Shown here: positions 7,974-22,662 of the stretch, piece after piece | How positions within the stretch are numbered: the stretch's first letter is position 1 | Layout of the letters: each line of letters opens with the position of its first letter | Sequence record: MT586120.1 | Direction: 5' to 3' (one strand) | Length of the DNA: 64,000 bases | The notes under the pieces: model-generated | Databases searched by the model: none | Seen by the model: only the letters and a program-made list of their open reading frames with translations | What the model was told of the DNA's origin: nothing | Made by a program: the position numbers and the translations under genes

Positions 7974-9117
7974 TTGGAAATTAATGGATGATACGGTCAC
8001 ACTTCGTGATCGTATGAAGATGGCTAAGTTTGTTCTAACTACTAGCCGACTAACACAAGGACCACAAGTTCGTAAATTTGAGGAGCATTGGAGTGACTGG
8101 CTTGGAGTTAAACATTCTCTTTTTGTTAGTAGTGGTAGTACTGCCAACAGTCTTTTGGTATCTGCTTGGAAAGATCTAAATGATATTCCAGATGGTGCAA
8201 AGGTTATTGTTCCTGCCTGCACTTGGGTGACTAACATTGCACCAATCATTCAAAACAATCTAACCCCAGTATTTTGTGATATCAATCTAAAGGACTTTAG
8301 CTTTGATATTAGTTCTCTTCAGACTATTGCATGTGAGCATAAAGATATCCGGGCAATCTTCGTCACACACCTACTAGGTTTCCCTGCACGGGTAGAGGAG
8401 TTTCATAAGATCTTCCCTAACGCAGACATCCTAGAAGACGTTTGCGAGAGCCACGGTGCCGTTATTGAAGGTGGGACTATGGCTGGTACATATGATGTAG
8501 GAGGGACATTCAGCTTCTACTTTGGTCATCATATGACTACTGTTGAGGGTGGCATGGTATCCACTAACAATAGTGATATGTATGACTTGATGCGTATGAA
8601 GCGCTCTCACGGTTTATCTCGTGAGTCGGTTCATTCTAAAGAGTATGCGAAGATGTATCCCGAGATCAATCCACAGTTCCTCTTTATGACTGATGGTTAT
8701 AACTTCCGTAATAATGAGATTGGTGCTGTATTGGGTCAGTCTCAACTAAAGCGTTTGGATAATATGATCGTCAAGCGTAATGATAATTATAAGACATACT
8801 TCGAGATTGTATCTCTATACTCCCATCTATTCCATGTTCCTGCTTACATTCCAAATCGTATTAGTAGCTTCTGCTTCCCTCTAATCTCTAGGGACAAAGC
8901 AACTCATCTAAGACTACAGGAGTTGTTGACTGAGTATCGTGTAGAGTATCGCCCAGTTGTAGGTGGAAACTTACTCAAGCAGCCTTTCTTATCTGCTTAT
9001 CACGCAGACTGCCCTAACGCAGACATCCTCCACGACCGTGGATTGTATGTTGGAAACAGTCACTTTGTTGGTGTAAGCCACTTACTAATGCTTGAAGAAA
9101 TTTTGGAGCAACTTTGA
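7966..9117 (+). CDS. DegT/DnrJ-family PLP enzyme with His at the Schiff-base position (ColD-like 3-dehydratase)
   Basis: VSSGSTAN, EDVCESHGA, FSFYFGHHMTTVEGG (H where aminotransferases have K). Confidence 0.8.
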   Translation: MYDWKLMDDTVTLRDRMKMAKFVLTTSRLTQGPQVRKFEEHWSDWLGVKHSLFVSSGSTANSLLVSAWKDLNDIPDGAKVIVPACTWVTNIAPIIQNNLTPVFCDINLKDFSFDISSLQTIACEHKDIRAIFVTHLLGFPARVEEFHKIFPNADILEDVCESHGAVIEGGTMAGTYDVGGTFSFYFGHHMTTVEGGMVSTNNSDMYDLMRMKRSHGLSRESVHSKEYAKMYPEINPQFLFMTDGYNFRNNEIGAVLGQSQLKRLDNMIVKRNDNYKTYFEIVSLYSHLFHVPAYIPNRISSFCFPLISRDKATHLRLQELLTEYRVEYRPVVGGNLLKQPFLSAYHADCPNADILHDRGLYVGNSHFVGVSHLLMLEEILEQL

Positions 9118-9118
9118 T

Positions 9119-9913
9119 ATGACTATTTCTTTTAATTATTTGGGTAACCTGGGACACTTGGGAAACCAAATGTTTCAGTATGCCGCATTGATGGGTCTTA
9201 GCTCCAAGTATAATAGAACCTTTTGTATTCCACATCCCGATACATTTTCAACTGCGAGTTATCAAGAAAATAGAAGCAGTATCTATAGCGCCTTTGATAT
9301 CAAACCTCCGCATGTTGGGATGAGTAAATTCAAACCAGTTTCAGAGGCACACTTTCATTTTGATAACAACTTATTTGAGAACCTTCCACCCCAAGATATT
9401 GATCTTCGTGGATACTTTCAATGTGAAAAGTGGTTTAAGCATATTGAAGATGATGTGAGAAAGGCATTCACATTCAAGCCCGAGTATATGGAAGTAGCTC
9501 AGTTGATGCGAGATCAGTTAGATGGTGAAGTAATTTCTCTTCATATTAGAAGAACAGATTACATCACCAACCCAAATCATTACTGTATGCATATGGGTTA
9601 CTATTTGAAAGCATTAAAAGTTATGCCTTCTGAGCCAAAGGTAATCATTTTTAGTGATGATACTGAATGGGCAATGGATCAGAAAGAGTTTCCTGATGAT
9701 AGGTTCCTTGTATCCGAGACAAATTGTCCATACACAGATATGGCTCTGATGACTTTATGCGACTACCACATCAATGCAAACAGCTCCTTCTCTTGGTGGG
9801 GTTCTTGGCTATCTAACAGCAAGAAAGTAACAGCTCCAAGTGATTGGTTTTCTGGTCCACTAACTAGTAATAACTTATCTGATATTTATTGTGATGGATG
9901 GGAAGTAATCTAA
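9119..9913 (+). CDS. GT11 alpha-1,2-fucosyltransferase-like
   Basis: GHLGNQMFQYA, SLHIRRTDY, NANSSFSWWGSWL. Confidence 0.9.
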   Translation: MTISFNYLGNLGHLGNQMFQYAALMGLSSKYNRTFCIPHPDTFSTASYQENRSSIYSAFDIKPPHVGMSKFKPVSEAHFHFDNNLFENLPPQDIDLRGYFQCEKWFKHIEDDVRKAFTFKPEYMEVAQLMRDQLDGEVISLHIRRTDYITNPNHYCMHMGYYLKALKVMPSEPKVIIFSDDTEWAMDQKEFPDDRFLVSETNCPYTDMALMTLCDYHINANSSFSWWGSWLSNSKKVTAPSDWFSGPLTSNNLSDIYCDGWEVI

Positions 9914-10683
9914 TGGGAAAAAATTTAGTATGTCAGATCTTTTTTGATAAAAAATTGATTACTGATTATAAAGTTCATGAAAAAGATCAGACAAGAGGTG
10001 AGGTTGTAACATCTAAACATTTAGATAATGAGTTGTTTCAACATTCTCAAATACTTGCTAAAAGATACGCAGAGCGTGTAGGTGCGGATTACATCCTATT
10101 TGATAAACCACATATCAATTTTTATAATCCATCTCAAGAAAGATTTAGATTGATGGAAGAAGACCATTGGGCAGAGACATATGATAATATATTATATGTT
10201 GACTGTGATGCGTTTATCTACAACGAATGCCCCAATATCTTTGAGGAGTATCCACAAGAAAATTTAAGGATTGCTAGGGATATGAACCCAGCTATTCCTA
10301 ATCAGGAGAATGTAATTGTTAGTGAGGTTGGTCTTGATAAAGTGCGCCAATCATATTTCAATGCTGGAATTCTATTGATGCACTCATCCACACTTAGGGA
10401 ATTAAAAAAGGTCATCAAATATAAGGAAAGATTTTCTCTCTTACCTTATGGTGATCAGTCCGAGTTAAATTACTGCACATTGAAGTATGACATCCCCCAT
10501 ACAGTAATGGACCAAAGATTCAACTCATATGACAGAGATGCATTTATCGGTCATCTATACGGTACGCAAAAGTTTGATGGACTATTCCATAGTGCATATC
10601 ACCTGAAGAAAGCTAAAGAGCAAGCACTAGGTATCAAACCGAAGAAAAAGAAGCTACCATTCACAGTAAAAACTAATTATTAA
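9913..10683 (+). CDS. GT-A glycosyltransferase (GT8-like)
   Basis: YVDCDAF (DxD), YFNAGILLM, GDQSELN; TAATG coupling. Confidence 0.7.
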   Translation: MGKNLVCQIFFDKKLITDYKVHEKDQTRGEVVTSKHLDNELFQHSQILAKRYAERVGADYILFDKPHINFYNPSQERFRLMEEDHWAETYDNILYVDCDAFIYNECPNIFEEYPQENLRIARDMNPAIPNQENVIVSEVGLDKVRQSYFNAGILLMHSSTLRELKKVIKYKERFSLLPYGDQSELNYCTLKYDIPHTVMDQRFNSYDRDAFIGHLYGTQKFDGLFHSAYHLKKAKEQALGIKPKKKKLPFTVKTNY

Positions 10684-10687
10684 ACCA

Positions 10688-11257
10688 ATGACTGTTGATG
10701 TAAACTATTGGAGTACTTTCTACTCATCAAATCACACTCTAGATTCCTCCAACTTCTGTAGGTTTGTATTAGAGTACTTTAAAAATCAGTCTTCACTACG
10801 CATCCTAGATGCTGGCTGTGGTAATGGTAGAGATAGCTATGCCCTATCCAAATTACACATAGTAACTGGTATAGATACTGCCGACTATGTTCCTGAGTCA
10901 ACAGAGACTTGCTCATTTGAGACTGGAGATTTCTGCACACATGATAAAGATTCTTACGATATTGTGTATTCTAGATTTACTCTACACTCAATTACAGATG
11001 AGCAACAGGTAGAATTCATCAAGTCTATTGTAAATGCTGGGACTTTCTTATGCATTGAGTGTAGAAGTGATGGAGACATTGATACTGTAAGGGAGCATGG
11101 TGATGACCACTATAGAAACTTTGTAAGCTTTGTTCGCCTTCAGAGTATATTGTTGGAGAATGGATTTATAGTGCATGTTGCTGAAGAAAGTAGGGGATTT
11201 GCACCATACAAAGCAGAAGATCCAGTTTGTGTACGATTCATTGCGGAGAAAAATTGA
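10688..11257 (+). CDS. Class I SAM-dependent methyltransferase
   Basis: ILDAGCGNGRD, YDIVYSRFTLHSI. Confidence 0.85.
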   Translation: MTVDVNYWSTFYSSNHTLDSSNFCRFVLEYFKNQSSLRILDAGCGNGRDSYALSKLHIVTGIDTADYVPESTETCSFETGDFCTHDKDSYDIVYSRFTLHSITDEQQVEFIKSIVNAGTFLCIECRSDGDIDTVREHGDDHYRNFVSFVRLQSILLENGFIVHVAEESRGFAPYKAEDPVCVRFIAEKN

Positions 11258-11787
11258 TGGCAGGTTATCCTGAAAAAGCAGAAAAGCTAAACACCACACT
11301 ACTCTGGACTCTCGATCTTCTTGAGACTAGAGGTATTGATAAGTGGTTTGTATCTTATGGTACTTTATTGGGTTTGATTCGTGATGGATCATGTATTGAT
11401 GGTGATGATGATGTAGACATCTGCATTGACAAAGATTGTTGGGATGATGTATATGATCCAATCAAAAAATTGAATAGACTCAATGAGCAGTATGTAAAAG
11501 AGAACATTATCATCACCAAAAGAACTGCGACATACTCACAAGTAGATTTTTATTGCTGTGATGTAAATGAGCAAGGTGACTTCAATGATACATGGGAAGA
11601 TGTTATTTGGAGTAGATGCTATAATGAGTCTGACAAAATTCCAACCATTGAGTTTCAGGGAAGACATTTGAATGTTCCTCATAATGCAATTGAAAAACTT
11701 TCTAAGCGTTATGGTTCTACTTGGAATCAGAGAATCAAAAGAGGAACTGAAGCCGGAGATGGTTATCGTAAAATAAAAGTATTATGA
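11257..11787 (+). CDS. LicD-family nucleotidyltransferase-fold protein
   Basis: WFVSYGTLLGLIRDG...DDDVDI; ATG 11257. Confidence 0.8.
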   Translation: MAGYPEKAEKLNTTLLWTLDLLETRGIDKWFVSYGTLLGLIRDGSCIDGDDDVDICIDKDCWDDVYDPIKKLNRLNEQYVKENIIITKRTATYSQVDFYCCDVNEQGDFNDTWEDVIWSRCYNESDKIPTIEFQGRHLNVPHNAIEKLSKRYGSTWNQRIKRGTEAGDGYRKIKVL

Positions 11788-12602
11788 AAAATGAAGTTAT
11801 GAGACACGACCTAAAAGACACTACATTTATTATACCTCTACGCATTGAGAGTGGAGACAGAATGCGTAATGTAATTACTTCATTATGTTATATACTATCA
11901 AACTTTGATACTCATATCATTGTAAAGGAGGGTGATACCTCTTCTATATTTCTTGAGGATGTTCTTCCACAAGTAAAAGATTTCCTGGAAGTAGATGAGA
12001 TTCCTAATCTATTACATGTCTTTGAGGACACGAGTGCTTCTGAGTTCCATAGAACTAGGTATCTTAATGAGATGACTCATATGGCTACAACAAAGGTTGT
12101 GGTTAATTATGATTGTGATATCATCCTTCCCGTGGAGTCCTACATAAAAGCACAGGCAATGATTATTGATGGACCTTCTGATGTGGTCTATCCATATGGA
12201 TTCGGTAACTATGCTAAAATGGTAACCGTAGATGATTCAATTGTCTCTGAATTCCTAACTGAAGGATTCAGTATTAATCTCCTAGAAAAAACTACAAAGC
12301 TAAACAATGCTCGTTTTGGTTTCTGTCAGTTCTTTGATAGAGAGGTTTACATCAGTGGTGGCGGGGAAAACGAAAAGTTCATTGCATATGCTCCTGAAGA
12401 TGAAGAGAGGGCATTTAGATTTATTACTTTGGGATATAAAGTAGATCGTATTGATCAATTTGTATATCACCTAGAGCATTCAAGGACACCCAATTCGTGG
12501 TATAATAATCCTCATATGCAGAACAATTTTGCCTTATGGGAAGTTTTACAGAAAATGGACAAGCATCAACTAATTGAGCACTACAACTTATACAATGGAT
12601 AA
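11784..12602 (+). CDS. GT-A glycosyltransferase (GT2/GT7-C-like)
   Basis: TTFIIPLRIES, NYDCDIILP, GGENEKFIAYAPEDEER, YHLEH. Confidence 0.75.
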   Translation: MKNEVMRHDLKDTTFIIPLRIESGDRMRNVITSLCYILSNFDTHIIVKEGDTSSIFLEDVLPQVKDFLEVDEIPNLLHVFEDTSASEFHRTRYLNEMTHMATTKVVVNYDCDIILPVESYIKAQAMIIDGPSDVVYPYGFGNYAKMVTVDDSIVSEFLTEGFSINLLEKTTKLNNARFGFCQFFDREVYISGGGENEKFIAYAPEDEERAFRFITLGYKVDRIDQFVYHLEHSRTPNSWYNNPHMQNNFALWEVLQKMDKHQLIEHYNLYNG

Positions 12603-13422
12603 AAACAAAGCAATCGGAAAACTACGAGGAATCCCTAGGATCTTCTACATAAATCTGGACGACCATACAGAACGTCGTCAGTATATGGAAGACCAGTTTG
12701 AATACTGGGGTATTCCTGAGGACAACTATACGAGAGTTCCTGCCCACGATGGTAGGGGTGATAATGATTTGGGTGATGTCCTAAAAGGTAAGTATCCAGA
12801 GCTAATGACTTCCAGTGAAGTTGGATGTACCGTATCACACTTAAAGGCACTTAAGTACTGGGTTGATAACTATCCAGAGGAAGAGTATCTTGTGGTTATG
12901 GAAGATGATTGTGACATTTCAACAGCTGGCTACTGGGGCTTTACATGGAATGATTTTGCGCGTAAAGTACCTTATCACTTTGATGTAATTCAACTTGCCG
13001 TCATCAATCCCATTGAGATTAATGTTAAGCTTCATCTGAGATTCGTCAATGACTTCTCAACTGCCTGCTATATTATCCGTAAGCATCACGCAGAGAAGTT
13101 AGTCAAACTTCATTGTCGTGGTGATAAGTATAAGCTTGACCAGAACGTTAAGCCTCGTGCTGTTGCTGATGACTTAATCTACAACTCTGGTTTATCCTTT
13201 GCTATCCCCCTGTTCTTATATAAGATTGCTTTGGGTTCTAGCATCCATGATATTCACGTGAATACATTCCACAAAAGTAGTCATGATGGTCTATGGCAGT
13301 TCTGGAAAGAACAAGCACCAACCATCCCAGATTGGTCACAGTTCTTTGAGTATGATCCATACTATGGGACACTTCCACCCAGCCTAGTTGCTAAACAAGC
13401 TATCGAAGACCATAATAAATAA
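12595..13422 (+). CDS. GT25-family glycosyltransferase
   Basis: YINLDDHTERRQYME, SEVGCTVSHLKAL, VVMEDD; ATG 12595. Confidence 0.8.
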   Translation: MDKNKAIGKLRGIPRIFYINLDDHTERRQYMEDQFEYWGIPEDNYTRVPAHDGRGDNDLGDVLKGKYPELMTSSEVGCTVSHLKALKYWVDNYPEEEYLVVMEDDCDISTAGYWGFTWNDFARKVPYHFDVIQLAVINPIEINVKLHLRFVNDFSTACYIIRKHHAEKLVKLHCRGDKYKLDQNVKPRAVADDLIYNSGLSFAIPLFLYKIALGSSIHDIHVNTFHKSSHDGLWQFWKEQAPTIPDWSQFFEYDPYYGTLPPSLVAKQAIEDHNK

Positions 13423-13460
13423 GGTAGCAGGAACTAAAAAAATACACTCTTCTTTATATT

Positions 13461-17660
<4,200 letters not shown>

Positions 17661-17694
17661 ATAAGATATATCAAAGTACTGATACCATTACATC

Positions 17695-19878
17695 ATGGCA
17701 GCCTTTAATTTTCCAGCAAACCCAAGTGTAGGGGACCAAGTAACCAATGGAGGAGTTACTTATACTTGGGATGGTTACAAATGGAACACCACAACCGCAC
17801 CATTTAGTGTAGGTGCTACTGGTGCTACGGGTCCATTGGGGTTTGGTATCTATGCCTTTTGTAGGACTACATCTACTGGTGTCTTACTTCCAAATTATGG
17901 TAGTGGTATTTTAGGTGTAAACAGAGTATCAACGGGTGTTTATAGATATACACTTTCTCAACCATATAATAGCGCGGATTATATGGCTCAGGTTTCATTA
18001 GTATCCTCGGGTAATATTAATCCATCCGATTGGAATGTTATTGTTGAAAATATTACACCAACAACATTTGATGTATTCACATATAGAGCAAACAATACTC
18101 CAATCAACCTAGAACACGCCGTTACTGTATATGGTGTAGATGGTCCTACAGGTACTGGTAGTGCCTATCAGTCTTGGTTGGAAGTTGGTAACTTTGGAAC
18201 AGAACAGGATTTCATCAATTCACTACAAGGTCCTACAGGAGGATCTGGTGGGCAAGGCAGCACTGGTGCTACTGGTCCCATTGGTCCCAATGGAGCCACT
18301 GGTCCCCAAGGTTTGGATGGAACATCCGTTGCTCTAAAAGGTACGGTTGATGATGCTAGTGACCTACCATCAATCCCAGGTACTGTTGAGGGTGATTTGT
18401 ATGTTGTTCTTAATACTGGTGGTGGTTTTAATGCTGGTGATGGTGCTGTAAAAAATGACCTAACCACAGGCACTCTGGCTGATTGGAGTAATGTAGGTCC
18501 TCTACAAGGTCCTCAAGGAAATATCGGTCCAATAGGCGCAACTGGTCCCATAGGTTCTACTGGTCCCCAAGGTATTCCTTCTACTGATGGTGGCTTCTTT
18601 GTTCTTTCAGGTGAGAGAAGCGGACCTCCCGCTCTTAATCAATTCTTTGCGTGGGGTAATGGAGACAGTGCTGATAATGGAGTTCAAATCCAGGAAGGAT
18701 GTTTCCTTGATTATGTTTCTATAACAGCAGAAAGACCATTTGGAACTATTCCAGTTGAAGTTACTGCCTATGTAAATGGATCTGCTACTATAGTTAAAGC
18801 TATTGGTACCACTGGATCAAAAACATCAACATCATCTGGTAGCCCTGTTGAGATTTTCCCAGGAGATTATGTAAATATTAGATGTTCTCAAACTGGTAAC
18901 AACTCAACTGCTGGCGGAACTGTTGGTGGTTGTGTGGGTTCACTACTATTCTCTACCGCAGGTGCGCGTGGTGCTACTGGAGAGCAAGGTCCTCCTGGTC
19001 CCCCTGATGGCGCTACTGGTGATACTGGTCCTGTAGGTCCTCTTGGTCCTGTTGGTCCTACTGGTCCTCTTGGTGCTACTGGTCCCGTTGGTCCTACTGG
19101 TATTGGTGCTCCTGGTCCTGATGGTCCCACTGGAGCTACTGGTCCTAATGGTCCTGCTGGTCCCGTTGGTACTGTTGTGTTGGGTACTGTTGCTGATATT
19201 GCTAGCCTGCCCCCATCTGCTAATGTTGGTGAAGGTTTTGTAGTAACTGCCGAAGCTAATGATGTATATGTTTGGAATGGTTCTTCCTGGAATAGTATTG
19301 GACCAGTTCAAGGTCCCGAAGGTCCTGCTGGTCCTGCTGGTCCTCAAGGTGCTACTGGTATTAAAGAGCAGTCTTATATCAAGTCAACATTCCTAACCGA
19401 GTCAACTGTAAACTCATCAACAACATTCCAGTCATTCAACATACTCAATGATTCTGCTATCCTTGAAGCAGGTGGATATAGATATGCCGCAGAGATACCT
19501 GGAAGACAAGGTATTGGTGCTGGTGGTATTATTGTCCCAGAAACTGGGATCTATATGATTACTGCCTCACTATACTTCACAACACCTAGTGTGCAGAGAG
19601 CTAGTATTGGATTGAGATTTGCTATCGCAGAACTAGCAGATCCAGAAAATACAAATGCCGAGGGAGTTGCTTTACCAGAAACAGGAGCTATGGGATACAT
19701 TAGATCTGGTTCAGGTCATAATGAAGCATCAGTCACCCTTACAACTATCGCTAGCTTGGAAGTAATTCCTGGTGTTAGGGAAGATCAGGTTCAAATACAG
19801 TTGGCTAGATTGGCTTCGAGTGGTACTGTTAGTGTAGAAGCTAATCGTAGTATTATTACCATTACAAAAATTGCCTAA
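17695..19878 (+). CDS. Collagen-like fibre protein with C1q-like C-terminus, paralogous to the C-terminal half of 13461..17660
   Basis: FPANPSVGD...YTWDGYKW N-terminus; interrupted Gly-X-Y tracts; shared GGFF..ER.G, TAGARG and GYIR...HNE blocks. Confidence 0.8.
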   Translation: MAAFNFPANPSVGDQVTNGGVTYTWDGYKWNTTTAPFSVGATGATGPLGFGIYAFCRTTSTGVLLPNYGSGILGVNRVSTGVYRYTLSQPYNSADYMAQVSLVSSGNINPSDWNVIVENITPTTFDVFTYRANNTPINLEHAVTVYGVDGPTGTGSAYQSWLEVGNFGTEQDFINSLQGPTGGSGGQGSTGATGPIGPNGATGPQGLDGTSVALKGTVDDASDLPSIPGTVEGDLYVVLNTGGGFNAGDGAVKNDLTTGTLADWSNVGPLQGPQGNIGPIGATGPIGSTGPQGIPSTDGGFFVLSGERSGPPALNQFFAWGNGDSADNGVQIQEGCFLDYVSITAERPFGTIPVEVTAYVNGSATIVKAIGTTGSKTSTSSGSPVEIFPGDYVNIRCSQTGNNSTAGGTVGGCVGSLLFSTAGARGATGEQGPPGPPDGATGDTGPVGPLGPVGPTGPLGATGPVGPTGIGAPGPDGPTGATGPNGPAGPVGTVVLGTVADIASLPPSANVGEGFVVTAEANDVYVWNGSSWNSIGPVQGPEGPAGPAGPQGATGIKEQSYIKSTFLTESTVNSSTTFQSFNILNDSAILEAGGYRYAAEIPGRQGIGAGGIIVPETGIYMITASLYFTTPSVQRASIGLRFAIAELADPENTNAEGVALPETGAMGYIRSGSGHNEASVTLTTIASLEVIPGVREDQVQIQLARLASSGTVSVEANRSIITITKIA

Positions 19879-19904
19879 ATATTTTATGAAGAATAAAGTA
19901 TGAT

Positions 19905-20495
19905 ATGGCTATACAAATACACCGAGGGATATTGGGGTCACATTCTCCTTTGATTTTATTCACGGGAAGAGCATCAGATGGAACCACTTCCGCTAATGGG
20001 GCAAATAGAATAAATGGGATAAGCGTACAGTATAATACTGATGATGCAGACTATGTTGATGTTATTGATGATAGTTTGACCACTTCAAACAATCATACAA
20101 CATTTGATTTATATAAAGTTCATTATAGTGAATGGTTGGATATTGATGGTAATTCTTTTGGCTCTGCCGAGAATGTTGTTCAGTATATTGAGCAACAAAT
20201 AACAGCATCCCAAGACCGGATATCATTTTCTCAAGCAACAGCACACACACTTACTGGTATTCCAGAGACCGTCAGTGCTTCTGTTGGTGTTGCATTCACA
20301 TATAATGCAAACTACTACAATGGCGTTTCATACTTCTGGGATGAGGAATCTTTCCCATCTGGTGTGGAAGTTTCTCGTTATGATCGGAGGAGGATTAGTG
20401 GTATCGTCACACAGACCGGTTCATATACAATCAACTTCCAAGTAGCAAATCACAATGGGACTATCCCAACTAGCGTGATTGTTGATGTAACCTAA
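19905..20495 (+). CDS. Hypothetical virion protein with C-terminal putative Ig-like domain
   Basis: FPSGVEVS...ISGIVTQTGSYTINFQVAN resembles He_PIG-type repeats; CTAAATA upstream. Confidence 0.6.
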   Translation: MAIQIHRGILGSHSPLILFTGRASDGTTSANGANRINGISVQYNTDDADYVDVIDDSLTTSNNHTTFDLYKVHYSEWLDIDGNSFGSAENVVQYIEQQITASQDRISFSQATAHTLTGIPETVSASVGVAFTYNANYYNGVSYFWDEESFPSGVEVSRYDRRRISGIVTQTGSYTINFQVANHNGTIPTSVIVDVT

Positions 20496-20538
20496 AAGAT
20501 GTGCTATAATATCCAGGTACTTAACAAAAGATCATATT

Positions 20539-20655
20539 ATGTTCGGTTTTACTCCTGAAGCAGAAATCCTTAATGCTCGTCTAGCAATGCTAGGTTTCGT
20601 CATCGCAGTCGGAACCTACGCAACTACTGGTCAAATTATCCCCGGCGTATTCTAG
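20539..20655 (+). CDS. hli: High-light inducible protein (38 aa, not in track)
   Basis: MFGFTPEAEILNARLAMLGFVIAVGTYATTGQIIPGVF (ExxNxRxAM motif); GTGCTATAAT at 20501-20510. Confidence 0.95.
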   Translation: MFGFTPEAEILNARLAMLGFVIAVGTYATTGQIIPGVF

Positions 20656-20688
20656 GATACAGTCTAAAAAAAACTAAATAGATATAAT

Positions 20689-20714
20689 AAGAGGGATGTA
20701 TACCCTCTTTTTTT
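20689..20714 (+). terminator. Intrinsic terminator after hli
   Basis: AAGAGGG-ATGTATA-CCCTCTT followed by T-run. Confidence 0.7.
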
Positions 20715-20727
20715 GTAGGGAAAAATA

Positions 20728-20904
20728 ATGGTCTTATTGCTTTGCTTCTTACCCCTTATAATAATCTTTATATTAATGAAGTTTATTTTATTGGTAGAAG
20801 AGTCCCATAAAGAAATTACCTATGTACGACAAGAACCAACCAGAGAACGAACATTTTTGGAAAACGTCTATGAAGACCTTGATGGCGAGGAAGATTGTGA
20901 TTGA
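20728..20904 (+). CDS. Small membrane protein (58 aa, not in track)
   Basis: MVLLLCFLPLIIIFILMKFILL...YVRQEP...ENVYEDLDGEED; resembles small genes seen near cyanophage hli. Confidence 0.65.
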   Translation: MVLLLCFLPLIIIFILMKFILLVEESHKEITYVRQEPTRERTFLENVYEDLDGEEDCD

Positions 20905-21028
20905 TATTGAGGAGAAACTCCCAGGTCTCCTTGATGAGTGGTACCGTGAGCACGGACTAGATACTCCACCGTGGAGACAAAATAAGCCATACTTTGATGA
21001 TGATGGAAACATCATCAGACCTGATTAG
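20897..21028 (+). CDS. Small hypothetical protein
   Basis: Same frame as track ORF 20822; GTG 20897 overlaps the previous stop; LDEWYREHGLDTPPWRQ. Confidence 0.5.
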   Translation: MIDIEEKLPGLLDEWYREHGLDTPPWRQNKPYFDDDGNIIRPD

Positions 21029-21029
21029 A

Positions 21030-21037
21030 TATAAATA
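21030..21037 (+). promoter_or_regulatory. T4-type late promoter (representative)
   Basis: TATAAATA here and at 22625, 28683, 31015, 49587, 55945, 56041, 57657; CTAAATA/ATAAATA variants overlap many stop codons (17657, 19875, 27708, 60791). Confidence 0.85.
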
Positions 21038-21064
21038 TCTCTGAAGAGAAGATTATATCTTACA

Positions 21065-22618
21065 ATGTCTCAAATTATATTCCCGAGTAACCCATCAGTT
21101 GGTGAATTTTATAATGTGGGTGATGTTACATATAAGTGGGATGGATCTAAATGGATCTCTACCAGCGTAGCCCCAGTAAATATTGGAGCAACTGGACCAT
21201 CTGGTCCTGCTGGACCTACTGGAGCTACAGGATCAACTGTTGTTGATGGTAGTGATATCTCTGCTGGTGTAGTGACCGCAACAGAATTTGACGGTAATCT
21301 CAGTGGAAATGTCGCTGGCGATACTACTGGTATCCATAATGGGGATGTATATGCTAGAGATGGATCTAAAATTATATTAGAAACTGCTATTAATAATGGT
21401 GATACAGCACACTATACAGGCACAGTAACTGGCGACGTAACTGGAGATACAACAGGAACACATTACGGAACCAATACCGGTCAGCAGCACGGAGATGTGT
21501 ACACCAATGACGGTGGTCAGCAAGTCATAGATACTGCTGCTATTCCATCTCCCCTATTCAAAGGTGATGCGGAAGGTTTAGATGGTGACCCAAATATACA
21601 AGTAACTAACCTAACAGTAGTTGGCTTAACTAATGTTGGCGTTGTAACTGCTGCCGAAATAACTACAGATGATCTTAATGCTGATAGTGTAATTGCTGGG
21701 TTTGTTACATCAGTAAACTCATATACTAGTGGAATCGCTACTGCTGGAAAGTTTTATGGTGATGGTTCAAACCTAACTGGAATAGCAACACAGTCTGGTG
21801 CTACTGGAGCCACTGGTCCCCAAGGTTCTCAAGGTGCTACTGGTATTCCTGGTCCTTTTGGTCCATATGGAATCACAGGAGCTACTGGTGCAACTGGTGT
21901 TGATGGTCCTGTTGGTTCTACTGGAGCCACAGGTGATCCTGGTTTAGCTGCTATGTGCTTCACATATAGGTATGATAGTGATACTGATACTAACGATGAG
22001 CCATTGAGTGGTCGCATCAGCTTCAACAATTCAAACCCAGAAAATGCAACTGTTATTGCGATCAATGATACTAATGGAGATGCTGTTGATATCTCAAACT
22101 TCTTTGGTCTATTTGGTGCTGGATCTAAAGTTTATATTCAAGAGGAGAGAGATGCTAGTAGCTTTATTCTTCTCACACTAAACGCAGGAGCTTCTGATCA
22201 AGGTGGTTGGTATAAGTTCACCAACTTTACAGTCAACATATCTGGTAATGTTACCTTTACTAACCTCAATAAGTTGATGGTTTGTGTTCAGCCACAAGGT
22301 CCAGCTGGTCCAACGGGCGCAACGGGTCTTACTGGAGCTGGAACTTCGGCAACATCATTCCAGTGGAACGATCATATCATCCCAGATTCAACGGAGTCTT
22401 ATGATATAGGTTCAGCAGAATATAAAGTTCGCCACCTATTTTTAAGTGATAACTCTGTTTATACTGATAGTGGGGAGGTTAGAGTTGGCTTCTCAACCCA
22501 AGTTGGAACATCAACCAAGATGCTAAAAGGAACAAAACTACAAGAGATTGTGGCTAATTCTGTTGACTTCGCAGACTTTAAAGTTAAGATGGCTTCGGAG
22601 GATTTTGGTTCCTTATGA
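21065..22618 (+). CDS. Fibre/collagen-like virion protein
   Basis: FPSNPSVG...YKWDGSKW N-terminus, short Gly-X-Y tracts, [11 protein letters not shown] fibre motif. Confidence 0.75.
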   Translation: MSQIIFPSNPSVGEFYNVGDVTYKWDGSKWISTSVAPVNIGATGPSGPAGPTGATGSTVVDGSDISAGVVTATEFDGNLSGNVAGDTTGIHNGDVYARDGSKIILETAINNGDTAHYTGTVTGDVTGDTTGTHYGTNTGQQHGDVYTNDGGQQVIDTAAIPSPLFKGDAEGLDGDPNIQVTNLTVVGLTNVGVVTAAEITTDDLNADSVIAGFVTSVNSYTSGIATAGKFYGDGSNLTGIATQSGATGATGPQGSQGATGIPGPFGPYGITGATGATGVDGPVGSTGATGDPGLAAMCFTYRYDSDTDTNDEPLSGRISFNNSNPENATVIAINDTNGDAVDISNFFGLFGAGSKVYIQEERDASSFILLTLNAGASDQGGWYKFTNFTVNISGNVTFTNLNKLMVCVQPQGPAGPTGATGLTGAGTSATSFQWNDHIIPDSTESYDIGSAEYKVRHLFLSDNSVYTDSGEVRVGFSTQVGTSTKMLKGTKLQEIVANSVDFADFKVKMASEDFGSL

Positions 22619-22662
22619 ATGGAGTATAAATAACCTTAGGGAATCCATAGTATTATTACAAG

